Assembly (NCBI GenBank): GCA_017499595.2
Contig: CM039002.1
Location: 1-64,000, forward strand
Direction of reading: 5' to 3'
Length of the DNA stretch: 64,000 nucleotides
Source: Psilocybe cubensis
Lineage: Eukaryota
Positions 34,401-48,109 of this stretch are shown one piece after another. Each line of letters starts with the position of its first letter. Position 1 is the first letter of the stretch. Position numbers and translations under genes: made by a program. A model generated the notes under the pieces. The model searched no databases and had not been told where the DNA came from. It saw only the letters and a list, made by a program, of their open reading frames with translations.

Positions 34401-37400
34401 AAGCGACACAGGTGTGGGCAGCGCTACATCCCAGAGCGCCCTTGCCCTTGCCCGTGCCAGTGCCAGTGCCAGCGCACACGATACTCCACCCGGCACGAAG
34501 CAGCGCCGCGTCCCTCGTCCTATCAAGATGAAGAGTACGCGGAAGAAGAGCGATTTCGAGTTTAAAGGGCGGAATAATGATATACTCGGGATTGTCATGT
34601 TGGAGATACAGGGTGCGGACGATTTGCCCAAGTTGGCTAACAGTACGTCTTCCTCGTAACCCATTCCTCATCCTCACACTGATATTTAATTTTGCCCGCA
34701 GTGACACGCACAGGATGGGACATGGACCCCTTCGTCGTCATCTCCTTCGGCAAAAAAGTCTTCCGCACGCGCGTAATCCGGCACTCGCGCAACCCCATCT
34801 GGGACGAAAAACTGCTCTTCCACGTGCGGCGCTACGAGACCTCATTCAAAGTCCAACTATCCGTGTTAGACTGGGACAAACTCTCCGCGAACGACCATAT
34901 CGGCGACGTGAGCTTCGAGGTGGGGGAGTTGGTTAGAGAGGCGGTGCAGCCTGATCCGGAGACGGGGTTGTATGCTGTTAATGAGGATGGGGAGGTTGTT
35001 GGTGCGGATGCGGATGGCGCGATGAAGGAGTTTAGGCTCCCGTTGAGCACGGCTAAGGAGATGAAGTGGGAGGCGAAGCATAATCCCGTCATCCGATTCC
35101 GGTGCGTCTCCCTTTTACCCTCTTCATACGCGTGATATTCGCATCACACTCACGATGGACATACATACATATATACAGTGCGAAGTACCAGCCGTACGAC
35201 GCACTCCGCCAGCGCTTCTGGCGGCAATACCTCAAGCAATACGACACAGACAACACCAACGCGCTCTCGTACCTCGAGCTGCGCGCCATGCTCGACTCGC
35301 TCGGGTCCACGCTCACATCCGCCACGCTCACGTCGTTCTTCACGCGCTACGGGAAGAAGCCGCATGAGGAGGAGATCAGCGTCGAGCAGGCTGTGATCTG
35401 TTTGGAGGAGGAGCTGTGTAGGCCTGAGGGGGAGAAGAAGCGTATTGGAGGGCAAGGTACGGGTGTTGGTGCTGGTAAGGGAGATGCTCCTGGGGGCGCA
35501 GGCGAGGGCGAGGGTGAAATTAGTACGGCTGCTGTTACACCCGTCGTCGGCGTGTTTGGGAGTCGTGGGCAGGAGATACCCGTCGATCTGGAACTGGACA
35601 AGCTAGATTTCGCAGGTCCTGTGCACGGTGGTGCTGGTGTCGGTGCGAGTGGGGAGAAGGAAGGCGCGTATACGACCGAGCCGATGCAGATGCCGCTTAA
35701 AGACGCAGCTGCTGTCACGCCTGATTTGAGCTCGGATGATATGGATGCAGAGGATCTGAGTGGTGCTGTGGGCGTCGCTGTTGGTGTAGCGGGGTCAGTT
35801 GCCGGTCTAGGCGTTGGCATTGGCGCGGGTGTCGGTGCAAGTGCAAGTGCAAGTGCGAATCTGGGTGCCTCGTCGCCCCCGCTGGCGCCTGGCGGCGCCG
35901 GTGCGCCTGTCGCGCCAGCTAGCAAACCGAAGCGGGGGGGCAAACTGCGGTTCCGCCGCGCTGCATCGTCGAAGAAGGGGACGGCGGATAGCTTTTCTGC
36001 GTCTTCCTCACCCTCTGCCTCGCCCTCTCCATCGCCGCCTTCTTCCTCCGTACCCACCAACACCACCACCACCACCACTGCTACCACCGCCAACGCCAAC
36101 GCGGGTATACCCGCAGACGCCGAAGAAGACGAAAGCGACACACACCCCGTCGAAAGAATCATCAACGTGCGCAATTGTCCTTTATGCCACCGCCCGCGGC
36201 TCAACTCGAAAGCGGAAATGGACATCGTGACGCATCTTGCCCTATGCGCTTCCTCCGGCTCCTCTGGCACTTTGGATGATGGTACGACGACGACGCCGTC
36301 CACGGGAACGAAGAAGAAGGGCGGGTGGGATAAGATGGATAGGATTATGGTTGGGAATTATGTTACGGCTTCGCAAGCGCAGCGAAAGTGGTATACGAAG
36401 GTGTTGGGGAGGGTTGGAGGTGGGGAGTATGGGATTGGCGCTGTACGTTTTTCTTTTCCGCTTTTCTAGTTGTCCTTTGTTGATCCGCTGATTAAAAATG
36501 ACAACGTGTGTATACAGAATTCAGCGAACATTATCGTGCAGAATCGTATGACGGGCCAGTTGGAGGAGGAGAAGATGCAGGTTTATGTACGACTTGGGAT
36601 TCGACTTTTGTATAAAGGCGCTACGAGCCGGATGGAAGGCGGGCGTGGTGCGTTTTATCTCTTTCTCTTTCTTTCCCACAAAACCTCCCGATATTTACAT
36701 TCGTATTCGACGATCATGCAGCTAGGAGACTGCTCAAGTCGCTCTCGATCAAGCAGGGTATCAAGTACGACGACCCTGAGAGTGCGAAGGAGATTCCGGC
36801 GTTTATCGAGTTCCACGGGTTGAACGTGGACGAAGTGCTCGATCCGCTTGATTCATTCAGTAAGTATCCCCTTCCTCCTCTCTTCTTCTCCCTTCTTCAT
36901 CTCATCAAAACCACTAACCACCCAATCCCTCACTCACTCACTCACTCACTCACTCACTCACTCACTCACTCCCCATCCCTTCCTCTCTCACAGAAACATT
37001 CAACCAATTCTTCTACCGCCGCCTCAAACCCTCCGCGCGCCCGCTCGAGGCGCCGCACGATCCCTACCGCCTCGTTTCCGCGGCCGATTGTAGACTTATG
37101 ACGTTTGCGAGTGTGTCGGAGGCGACGAGGGTGTGGATTAAAGGGAGGGAGTTTTCGGTTGGTAAGTTGCTTGGTGCGACTTCCGGATCTGGATCGGGGG
37201 CGGGGTTGGGGCTGGGGTTGAGTGAGGAGGTGTTGGAGCACACCAACACCAGCAACAGCAACGGAGCGGGTACCGGTACAGGCCCGACAGACAGACTCAG
37301 AGCGAAAGAGGCAGACAAATTTGTCGGAGGCGCGTTGGCCATTTTCCGATTGGCGCCGCAGGACTATCACCGGTTCCATTCGCCCGTCGCGGGGCGCGTG

Positions 37401-37746
37401 GTAGAGATCTGGGATGTCGAGGGGGAGTACTACACCGTCAACGTGCGTAATCACCCCCATTCATTCATTCATTCGTTCACATTTTCAACTCCAACCCATA
37501 CTCATCTCATACTCTACCCATACAGCCCCAAGCGATCCGCTCAGCTATCGACGTGTACGGCGAGAACGCGCGCAAGATTGTTGTGTTTGATAGTCCACAG
37601 TTCGGGCGCGTGTGCGCGGTGTGTGTGGGCGCGATGATGGTGGGAAGTATCCTTCTCACCGTGCGCGTGGGCGACGAGGTCGAGCGCGGGCAGGAGTTCG
37701 GGTACTTTGCATTCGGTACGTCACGCTCTCCCCTCACAAAAAAAAC

Positions 37747-37777
<31 letters not shown>

Positions 37778-38036
37778 GAAGAAAACAAATGCTAATCTCG
37801 CGTTAATCGTAAACACAGGCGGCTCGACAATCGTCATCCTATTCGAAAAGGGGCGGGTGGAGTGGGACGAGGATCTGCTCATCAATGGGCGTGCGGCGCT
37901 CGAGACGCTCGTGCGGGTTGGGATGGGCATTGGACGCGGGAAGCCGGGTGCGTCGCCGTTCCCGTCGCCGATGCCTACGCCTGCTTTGTTGGGTGGTGGG
38001 GGTGGGGGTGGGGGATCGGTGTTCGTTCCGGAGTGA
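31496..38036 (+). CDS. PSD2: Phosphatidylserine decarboxylase proenzyme 2 (two C2 domains, EF-hand, PSD domain), multi-exon
   Basis: C2 motifs ([35 protein letters not shown]), EF-hand ([14 protein letters not shown]), [28 protein letters not shown] and the FAFG|GST self-cleavage motif split by an intron; stop at 38036. Confidence 0.92.
36930..36970 (+). repeat. (CACT)n microsatellite in a PSD2 intron
   Basis: About ten tandem tcac units. Confidence 0.9.
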
Positions 38037-38599
38037 ATGTGGAAATTACAATGCGGAAGGCAGGAGGGGGCGGGCTCAAACAAAGTTCAAATGTGGCTCA
38101 AGCCTCAAACAAAACAAAGTGCTCGCATCTAAAAGATATCAAGCTAATTACTTACTAATTATCAAATAACTACGCTACACATGGGAGGCATTTTTCATTC
38201 ATTCATTCATTCATTCATTTATCATTCGGGACATTCTTTGCCGTTCTTTTTTTTTCTTTTCTTTGGATTCTTTCATCGCACTCTCATACTATAAGTCTAT
38301 AGCTACATAAGTCATAGTCATGGTCAAAATCATAGTCACAGTTAAAGTTAAAGTCGGCGCTCGAAATCCATCACTTTACATTTGGAGAGTAACAACAACA
38401 ACAATAACCAGCGCCTCTACGTATGTTGCCAATTATGGGAGGGGTAATCGGAATCCCAGGCATTGATTAAGATTCGAAGACATATCTTGGGCCATCTACA
38501 CTGTACACCTCACCATCATATTGACGCGGCTAAGCGTTGGCTATTGGCCTTCCATGTTGCTTCCATGTCCACGTCCAGCCCTCGTTTGCTACAGCGATA

Positions 38600-38905
38600 T
38601 TCGTCATTTATATCTTTGCCTCCGAGTCCGCTCTCCGTTCTACCCCGCATTCCCATATACGAGTATATTCGACTCGTTTCGATTATGCTTTCCCGAATAT
38701 GGTAAGTATTACGATCTCTGTTACTAGATCCTTCACTGCTCTCGACTCTGGTCGAGTCATCCGCGATGCGCACTATCCCTGAATCAACAATGCTCCCCCT
38801 GTACATATATCACATTCCATATGGCTGCATTTTCGGTCTGGAAAATGGATCAGGTGGAACAATAAAATGATCATTCGTCCTGTCATGAACCGGGGACGGT
38901 TAATA
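38600..38905 (-). repeat. Right arm of the inverted repeat flanking PSD2
   Basis: Reverse complement of ~29945-30295. Confidence 0.75.
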
Positions 38906-38999
38906 AGTACTTTTTTCTCACTCGTCGAAGCATTCCAATCACACCGCGGGCAAATCGATACAAATAACGACGGATCGATAAGATAAATATACAGAAATA

Positions 39000-40440
39000 C
39001 ACTCTGATGATTCCTATTCCCCTATTGTTGACCCTTTTGCCTTTCAACGCGTAACCTGCAATCATTGCCATCAGTCCCTCACACTTCGAGAGATACGAAA
39101 TCAAATATATACCTTCAAACATTACCTAACGAGTCGCTTATCCCTGCTCGACGGGCGTGAACCCGGAGCACTACCGCTCGTGGTGTTGTGCTTGAACAAG
39201 TATGTTTGATACTCATATCTCTCCATGTGGAGGTAGGACTGTGCTTGCTCTACAGAACCTCATGAGCACAGAATAAACAAAAAAGGTGTAGAAATCCATA
39301 CTAGGAATCTGAAGTCCTATCCTATGATACCCAATCCATCAGCCGTACCTTGACCGGGCGTGACATTTGAAGAACTAGGAATGTTGAGGGACATTGAGTG
39401 CTTGAATGTGAAGAGAAAGAGAGAATTTCAACCTTTAATGTGATTGTTAGCAATGAGCTGCAACGAACATTTTAGGTGAATAATGCTTACTGAAAAACAC
39501 TCGCATCGCGGTCTCTGTAGTCTCCCAATATTCGAACGTGGCATGGATCCCTTGGTGCATATTCGCGCTGGATTTCGGGATGGATACGGAGTCACATAAG
39601 GTGTCGGACTCGCTTGGCCCGTGGATCTGTCTGGGATGACATCAATACGTGGTTCTGTAAATGATAAATTTTGTGAGCAAAGGTAGAGGATAAAAAGGGC
39701 AAGCGATACAAATCGTACCATGACCACCAACGTGAAATCCGTCGCCTATAACCATGAAGCGACCGAGTAGACTCTGAACATGACCTCCTCCTTCGAAATC
39801 ATCCAATCCATTTGGAGGTACATGGTAGTTGTTTATTCCTGTAAACAATTAGTATCAATGTTAGATCAAAGCACATATAGTCCGAATCATGACTACGAGC
39901 TCACCAGTGACATCGAATTGATTAGCTCGATTCATACTCTGACTAAGGGCCACAGTTGAATTATAACAGATGTCAGAGGGCGACATCGAGTACTGAGTAC
40001 TTGAATGTGAAGAGAAAGCGAGAGGCTCTGATGCGAAGCTGGGTATTGGGAATCTGGGTAACGGGCAAAAGTGAGCAATTGGAGGAGGAGGATGGAGAGT
40101 GGGATCTCTTTATAAGATGAGAACAAAGAGCGCAATTAGGGCCGGTGGGGAGAAGCGTCTTTCACCGCTGGCTTTTGTCTGTGGGAATGTGTGATAGCGG
40201 TATCTTTATTGTCCTATCGTTAAACTTTTCTTTGAATCCTATTGCGTTGGGCGGTACGAGACAGGATCCCAGATGATAACCTTAAAGTAAACAAATCCAA
40301 TATCACCTCCAATCATACTACTTTGAACTCCAATTTCCCTATTTCTCCGGGATATGTTGCGCAGGTGTATATTATGGACTACATTGTAACCACAATGTAC
40401 AATGTACGATATACGGTGTTTTCTACGCCGGGTAGATCAG
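39000..40440 (-). pseudogene. Degenerate orphan-family copy with its upstream module
   Basis: Reverse strand has ccgggttcacgcccgtcgag (GFTPVE), ctcatcttataaaga and gatctacccggcgtag motifs; boundaries approximate. Confidence 0.45.
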
Positions 40441-40521
40441 CGGATAAACAAAGGATCTTTTATCCCGCTGAATACTTAGGCCGATAGTTTTGCAGTCATT
40501 TCTTTGAACATGGGACTGGTA

Positions 40522-41610
40522 TATGGCTGTCCGTTTGCACATTTAATACCAAAGTATAAACTTCTTTCCCCATACATATAAGTTGCAATTTTGATTAAAC
40601 TCAACTACATACCTTGGTGTCCCGGTTATAGAGAAATGGTTTCCGAGCATAGAAGAAATTATCCCGATCATTGTCTTTGTATGCCCTTCAGTTTGAATGG
40701 GAGCTGCACACATAAGGGTATGCTACCCGTACATAAAAAATTCAGTACCATAGTCTGTGGCCCTCTCCGCATGTATCTTAATTTTTGTCCGAAGATATAG
40801 AGTTGTCCAGAAGAACATTATGCATGCCGTCCGTGCCGTAGAGGCGTGGGAACTCGACTTTGGTCCCGCTTTGCAGTGGATTGCTACTTGTGAAGACAGT
40901 AGGATGGTCGTTACACGATTATAAAATTAATTAGGAGCATAAGTTCATACATTAAAATAACATAAGACTATATATAGGCTATTCCAATGCAATTTTCTGT
41001 CTTCAACCTCAACGTTAGGCCTTTTTAAGCCTTAGCACGCCGTCTGGGAGTGGCCAAAGCACTCGTATCACATTATGAAGACAACCTACTTATGCAATCA
41101 GCATTCACAGTAGGATATTTACTTCTTGTATAAATGTGAATCTTTTGAAATGTTCAATCAGCGTGTGTCGACAGGCATACATGCAATGAACTTTAATTTG
41201 TGTCCTTATTTGCCGAGATTTGCCGATTCTCACGATATCTAGGCATGCACGGCATCGACAGAATGCCGAAAAATGACTATATATCTTCGGGATGAAGAAA
41301 GGTAAGAATAATCATACAAGGAACCTTCAGATATAAGTGAGGGAACAAAATATGTATAAGAGGGAGTGTTTGCTCTATGTAAGGGATTGTGATTTGTAAA
41401 TGTGGGCACCAAAACTATATGTATGGTACTGAAAATTGTATCTGAGGGTGTAACCTATGAATGTATGGATACTGGATTTATATGTTCGGAAACCACCTTT
41501 CTCTATACTTGACACCAGATTATGTATATGTAATTGTGCATAATTTCGACTTCTATGTATGGGGAAAAAAGTTTATAGATTGGTATTAAATGTGCAAACG
41601 GACAGCCATA
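40522..41610. mobile_element. Non-autonomous TIR DNA transposon, 1089 bp (IS3EU-like termini)
   Basis: TIR TATGGCTGTCCGTTTGCACATTTAATACCAA; 6-bp TSD CTGGTA (40516-40521 and 41611-41616); no transposase ORF. Confidence 0.9.
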
Positions 41611-42049
41611 CTGGTAAGCAGAATCACACGCTCACCGATATGTCATCTGGAAATCAACCTCAAAAATTGTCATAGCGAAATTACGAATGGAAGTGCATTT
41701 TTTACGAAGGTGCGAGTGCAGAGAGCAGTGGCTCGAAGAATCGAAATGCAGTTTAACCATTGCCAGGGATGAGGCAGCTCTCTCTTCACATCGGACCTTC
41801 TACTCATCTCTCCGTGTCTATATTCATGAAGCAGTGTTGTTTGGGACATATGTAAATTACGAGGTCTGGTATCTCTCTATCTCAATGCATAGGAACCATA
41901 TTCATTTTTTCTCATACTACCAGGTGAAGCTTGCCGATTGCGCCGCGACCAAATCGATACAAATTAAATAGATCCACCGATAAGATAAATACATTTTCCC
42001 ATCCGTCCAACGTTGAAACGTTGTTCCAACATTTCCCAACCGGTTTTTA

Positions 42050-43200
42050 ACCAAGCTCTACTAATATCACAGCGACTGGGAAGCAACAAGGTGCCTAAAT
42101 CAGTTCGTCGTTTGTAGATATGTGATCGGAGTGCTTACTTATCGCTTCATTGTTGCGTGTCTGGCCTCATTCCTTTGTCCACCATTCTTCCATGATAGAG
42201 GTCTATACGCACTATTTTCTCAGCGCGTTTGACCCCTCGACTAGCGTCCTTGTTGCACACACCGGCCACTTTTCAGGGTGCCCGACTGAAACTCATGCAC
42301 AAACATGTTAAATTGAAACTCGGTATGTGATTTTTCAAATACACGCACCTTCTACGTCCTTGCGCATTTTGAGATTTGGATCTGCGACCATTTGCATCAG
42401 TCCCTCAACCTTCGAGAGATAGGACTTCGAAAAATACCTTCGAGCACTAGTTGATCCAGTAATCCCTTTCGGATTCTGCTCAACGGGTGTACACCCGGAG
42501 CATCTTGCTTCGTTGTGTCCTCCATGCTCGGAGTTTGCTTTTTGAATTCCTTTCTCTCCAACGTTACACTGGGCAAAGTTGAATTTCTATGAAGAATATG
42601 CGCACCTCCCATGAATCCCATACCGTCCTCCCTGAGGTGAGATTGTGCCGCATCATCCAAGGGGACATCGCTGTGGCCCTGTGTTCCTCCCTGGAGATAA
42701 TTAATGCCCCCCTGGGGTCGGGGAATTGCATTGACGTCCTGGCTACGTGGAAAAGAGGAAGAGATCCATACCAGGCGCAATAAATCCTTGAAACATGAGT
42801 GGGAATAGTGGGTTTTGAACACCTCCTTTGAAATTTTTCAATTCGTTTAGAGATGCACGGTAGCCCTGTATTCCAACTGACATTATCAATGTTAGGCTAA
42901 TGGTCCTTTAGTGATGGTTACGATCGCACCACTGATATAAATCCCATTATATTCGCTCTGACTGGAAAAATCAAAGAGGTTGGACATCGACATTGCGTAC
43001 TTGAATGTGAAGAGAAAGAGAGGGTTCAGAGGTGTACTGAGACGAAACATGGCAATGGGTCAAGGTGAGAAAATTGAGGGGGAACAATGGATATCCAGAT
43101 CTTTATAAAATGAGAACACCAGTTGGACACGCCTTATTCGATTCATCTCTCGATTCTGGCTGTGGGAAACAGTGATAACGGTATCTTTTGGTGTTAGATT
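42050..43200 (-). pseudogene. Orphan-family copy (probably degenerate)
   Basis: Reverse strand has a VRIDL...DKGMRPD-like exon (~42160-42215), a GVHPL/GxTPVE region and the upstream ctcattttataaagatc module; boundaries approximate. Confidence 0.45.
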
Positions 43201-45382
43201 ACCACGCCTCTTAGTCCCCTCTCCCATTTCATTGGATGGATAAGAGTGCGGATGCTAGATGTTGACCTCAAGGCATGGGTCATGAGGGATGATTCTGGTT
43301 GATAGCGGGACCAGAATTGTGGTACCACTCTCCGTTTCACATTGACCACAAGCTTTGAAGTGTATGTGATTCTGCTCCCTTCAGTGACGGTGCTGTTGTA
43401 GAAAACTATTTACACAGACTTCATCAAGCACAGTCCTGCGAAGTTAAATGGTGCGAACTGGAGGGCAGAAAGCCACAGAAAGCCCGATCCATCGTTTTTG
43501 CGAATATCGAATGTCTTTGGCTCACATGAAGGTTATTACTTACCCTCTGCGACATATACAACAGCGTTGTGTGTGTGCGTCGCGATTTAATTTCCACATA
43601 CCAACACTATCCATCATCGATCCGCTGTGAGCTTACACCCAACACTTGTGCCACACTTTATAGCTCACCGACTTATCCACCTCCACGCAGCACACGAACC
43701 GGTCGTTCTGCAGTTCTCCATCCGTTCCGCATGGTGACCCCTATTTTCCGAGGTCAGCGCCCCATCAAGGTGTACTAATGACCGGTTGTCGAGAACCAGA
43801 TCGAGCGCATTGTAACCATGGAGCAGTTGGAAAGTTACATCCTCGGTGGCGCTGCCTCGGGCCTAGGGAAGAAAGATGGGTAGTCAGGCACATAAATGGG
43901 GGAGTGAGTGGGGAGTGAGTGGCGGGGTGAACGCGAGCTTGAGGGTATTGTGTTCGCGTTAATTTCACTGACATGGTTGTGGAGAGAGAGAGGGCGGTAT
44001 GTATTGTCAAGGTCTATATTTTTGGAGGGCGAGATCAGGGAGGATGAGAGGGCTGTGCCAGATAACTTAACTTACCAGTACTGATATAACCGCAAATTCA
44101 ACCAAGCAGGTGAAGCGTTGCTTGGCGTCCATGTCGTGTTTGATGTTGTACTCCTTCATCTCCCATAATCATGAACGAGGTGGCATATAACGCGCGAATT
44201 TCGGTATAAATCTATATCGAGAATAGCATAAAGAGCTTGAGACAGCGTAACTAGAAATTTCCACTGCACTGGAGAGCAGACACTTGTCATCAGATACAAC
44301 GCATACAGCACACCAAATGTCTTATATATGTATATGGCCCTGGTGTAGCTGCAGTGGCGTCGATGTTGAGTGTGTGCCAGAGCAGAGGTAAGTCGGAAAA
44401 ATAAGGGTCATAGCGATAGCGAGGTGGTGTGAGAGGGGTCGCAGGTCTCCTCGAGAGTCTGCTCTGTGCCAAAGCGAAAAAGAAAGGAAGGAAAAAAACG
44501 AGGCACTCACCTAGCTGCTCCTGCTCCACCATTCCTCAACCTGTATAACCCTCGTCCCCACCAGCTGGTCGCACGTTTCTGATGTTCTGCAATTTTTTCG
44601 TTGTGGTTCGAGTGGCTGGGGAAGAGATTCCGATGGTGGTGGAGGACAAGTATCGCGTTGATTGTCCTTGCTATTGTCAAGGTCATTCAAACTCCGCTTT
44701 GACTCCTGACCTCAGACCCACGCACCGCAAGGTGACCTTGCTACCCCTCTCAACTGTTTGCTCAAGAAAGTATGCATGTCAGCACAAATATTTCTGCCAC
44801 GTAAAGTCAGTAATGAAATGGGCTGCTGTAGAACTGGAGATTTCGGACACGTAATGGGGACTCGGAAGAAGGCGCGATACTTGGGCTGGTGAACGTATTA
44901 CTTAAAGACTCTTGCCTTGCTTTGTCACACCACTTATCAACATGGGTAACATGTCATGAAACTGATAAACGTCTTTTTTCAGTTTTGTAGCAGTAGGTTA
45001 CTTGTTTATTGCGGGTATTCAGAATCCAGATTTAAGCGACACACCGGCGCAGCAGCACAGAAGCCGGTCAGATAGTATTTGGAGATGGCGAGGCGGACTG
45101 GACCGGGGGATATACGAGACGACGAGGTTTGTGGATTTATTTTGGGATGTGCTGTGTTGTAAGCATGTGGGATGACACACGAGTAGAGTCTACAGCGAGT
45201 GTGGAGCGCAAGATTAGGGGGGGAGGGTAATTCTTGCCTGTGAAACAGTTTTAGGCTGCATATATATGTTTTCAAAAGTCGTTCATGAGGTGTTATTCCG
45301 TGAAACGATACAGGCGCTGTTTTCTTGCTCTATTGTATAAAGACATTCTTAGGATCTCACTATATTACGGGTTTGCAGAAGA

Positions 45383-46008
45383 TTACACCCAATTGACGTT
45401 GTAAACTCCAACAACCAAATCCCCATTCCCAAATGCTGCATCGGCGCCTACAACGGATTAAGTATCAGCCCAAACTATAGAAGGATTTTGTAGAAGCAAC
45501 GTACCACCAACTCTTCCACTCCCATCCACACAGTTCGTGAATATCCACTGGACAGCGTACGATACGTCCACGCAAGGCGAAGATGCCGCGCCGGCCGTTT
45601 GGTGGAGGTTCGACCCGCCGATAGACGCGTCGCCTGCGGTGCAGAATACGACGTTGTCCCCTGGAACGGTGCATGCATTGTTGGGGATGCTCGCGAGGTA
45701 ATTGTAGCATGCTATGGTGTTGGAGATGTCTGCTGTAGTAAAAGTGAAGCTGTTTGTGGTGACATTAGTTATTGATTCGATAGTACTTTTGTCATAATGT
45801 ACCATTCGGCGTCAAAGTTTGCGCTGCGTGCATTGAGAGACGAGTTGAATGGGGGCTTCATTGTGTAGAGATCCTTTGATGTGAGGTTGAGGGACTCTAG
45901 GGTAGGGAACCCCGGTCCTGGAATGACATCTGGATAGATGGTTGGACTAGACTGGACGAAGGTAATGGTAGTGGCCACAAGGGAGAAGACAGTGGTAAAG
46001 GCAAACAT
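45383..46008 (-). CDS. Small secreted cysteine-containing protein (3 exons)
   Basis: Signal-peptide-like MFAFTTVFSLVATTITFVQS, then DVIPGPGFPTLESLNLT and several Cys; short GT-AG introns; stop at 45383. Confidence 0.75.
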
Positions 46009-48109
46009 ATTGGAATACTGGTGACTCAATGTAGGCCGTTATTTGAGCTTATATGCACGCATAAGCTGCCCGCCATGAACGCATGTTGGTCATGGAAGTA
46101 TAGCTAACGAAAGGTCTCAACTCAATGTGTATGAGGCGTACGGTTTCAGCGAGATATGATCCATTATCATCGAACGTTAGGATGCTCATTTGATTTGTCA
46201 ACAGTTCAAAATTTGTGCCGATGAAGATGATATCAAAGTTCCTTTCACACTATGACAACATTTTGTTTATGAGGAACTCACAAGCTAGAGTTGTCAATGT
46301 TAGTCATATTTCCCCTCATCGTAAACCAAACAAAGTAAACAATCTCAACGCAAAAATCTCCAGTCATTTATTTGACATCAGGTGCCGAAAACAACTCTTT
46401 CTACCTTGTATAGCGAGATTTCTCCGAGGTATGTTATTTATATAAAAGAAGTCAACAGGCACAGATGAAAATAAGCGCGATTACTCTGTGTAGCGAGTGT
46501 ATTGTTTTTATCTCAACCTAATACTATGATACGTTATGGTATTTTCTGACCAGAATATCAAGAACTATTGCATTGTGAGATGTATCCGGAATAAATGGCC
46601 AATACGGAATCATCGATTAACCTTGATACTTCAATCAATACCTAATCGACTCACAATGCACAAGGAATTTGCTCACACTCTATGTTGACCCCGGCACTTA
46701 CGGAAATGGGTGATACTTGAACATCGCTCCCTTGACTTCCGGAGGAGTCTCCTCGAGAACATTATTAGACTAGGAAAACCGGTATTCTATCCGATAAGAA
46801 ACATTGCTTTATTGCAGCGAAGGGCCAGGTGGCGGAAGAATAGGGATGTGATATCACAGTGCTTCGGCGGCGTGAGGGAAGCGTAACAAGTCTTGGAAAG
46901 GGTACGACAAGTTAATTTAGGGTTGCAATGGGTAGAGGTGGTGATATACTCTGCAGAGAGGGAAAGAGCAGGAATACAAATCATAGGAGACTCACTTGGC
47001 TGACGCACACGCGCGCATATCCAGCTCCTCTACCCACATAGTTGCCCCGCTCCTCGATAGTACCCAACACATCTGCATCAACACCCCACGCGCCAACGAT
47101 AACGAAGCATGTATAAGCGCCGATATCGAGTCTCGTGAGACTTTAACGCCTGGCATTGCCCTCTTGATCTCGCCCATGTTTGATGCCTATAGCTACACAA
47201 GTCATAGTCACAGTTAAAATTAGCACTCGAAATCGAAACTTTACATTTCGAGAGTATCCAACATGTATTCCACTTTCTTTCCACTACCGTCTTGATTTGG
47301 ATGTTCGCTGTATGTGGGGTAATACCAGATTCGACGTGTGCTATGTCCCCTGAGTAAAGGCGAGACGCCAAGAAATGGTTGATAAGCCACATATCTTATT
47401 AATGAATAACACCCAATATCACAATTAGTCAGTGCTATCCCACCCAACACGCACCACCGACGCACCCGTAAAACGACTTAAGCGACCGTTTATGTGCTTA
47501 GCAATGCGATAAGCCATCCTTAACATTCGCTATCTCGACATAACTGTGCATTTTGTGATGCATTATCGGTTAGCAATTGTGGCATTTTTCGGGATTACGA
47601 AAAATGACGAATTGATTATAGGCGCCGTGCGGGAATAGGAATGGGTGGGATTGATGGACACTGGTTCAGATGCATAGGATGCCCGAATTCATAGGGAAAT
47701 GGATGGAGGGAATGATTATTGGTAAATACAACTGTGGTGACCAGAATAGGGAATAGCTGCACCGTGCACAGACGAAATGAAAGTAAAGTATTTACTAAAC
47801 GAAGCGCGCCTAGAAGCATAGCTCGAACTCTAGCTTTGCTTGATTGGACACGCCTAGTATCCAATTTCACAACACGGGAGTTGTACCTTACAGACGTCGT
47901 GGTTACATGTCCCTGAACACAAGATGTGGATTAATCATCCGTGTCTTCTTGTTGTCCAATAACGGTATCAATATGACACAACTGTGGACTAGAACATACA
48001 GAACATACAAGGTTCGTTGGCGCGTATAAATACAGGTCAAATCCAAGCAGTTGACACATATCCAAATTCCTCACCCGCAGTTTTCGAATCCCAACCCAAT
48101 CAATTCAAC

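Noticed and set aside
31496-38036. PsiD-type tryptophan decarboxylase or secondary-metabolite cluster
   Set aside because: The C2 and EF-hand domains indicate ordinary PSD2, and no kinase, methyltransferase or P450 is nearby.
30751-38169. Many overlapping alternative-frame and antisense ORFs across PSD2
   Set aside because: By-products of GC-rich low-complexity sequence with few stop codons.
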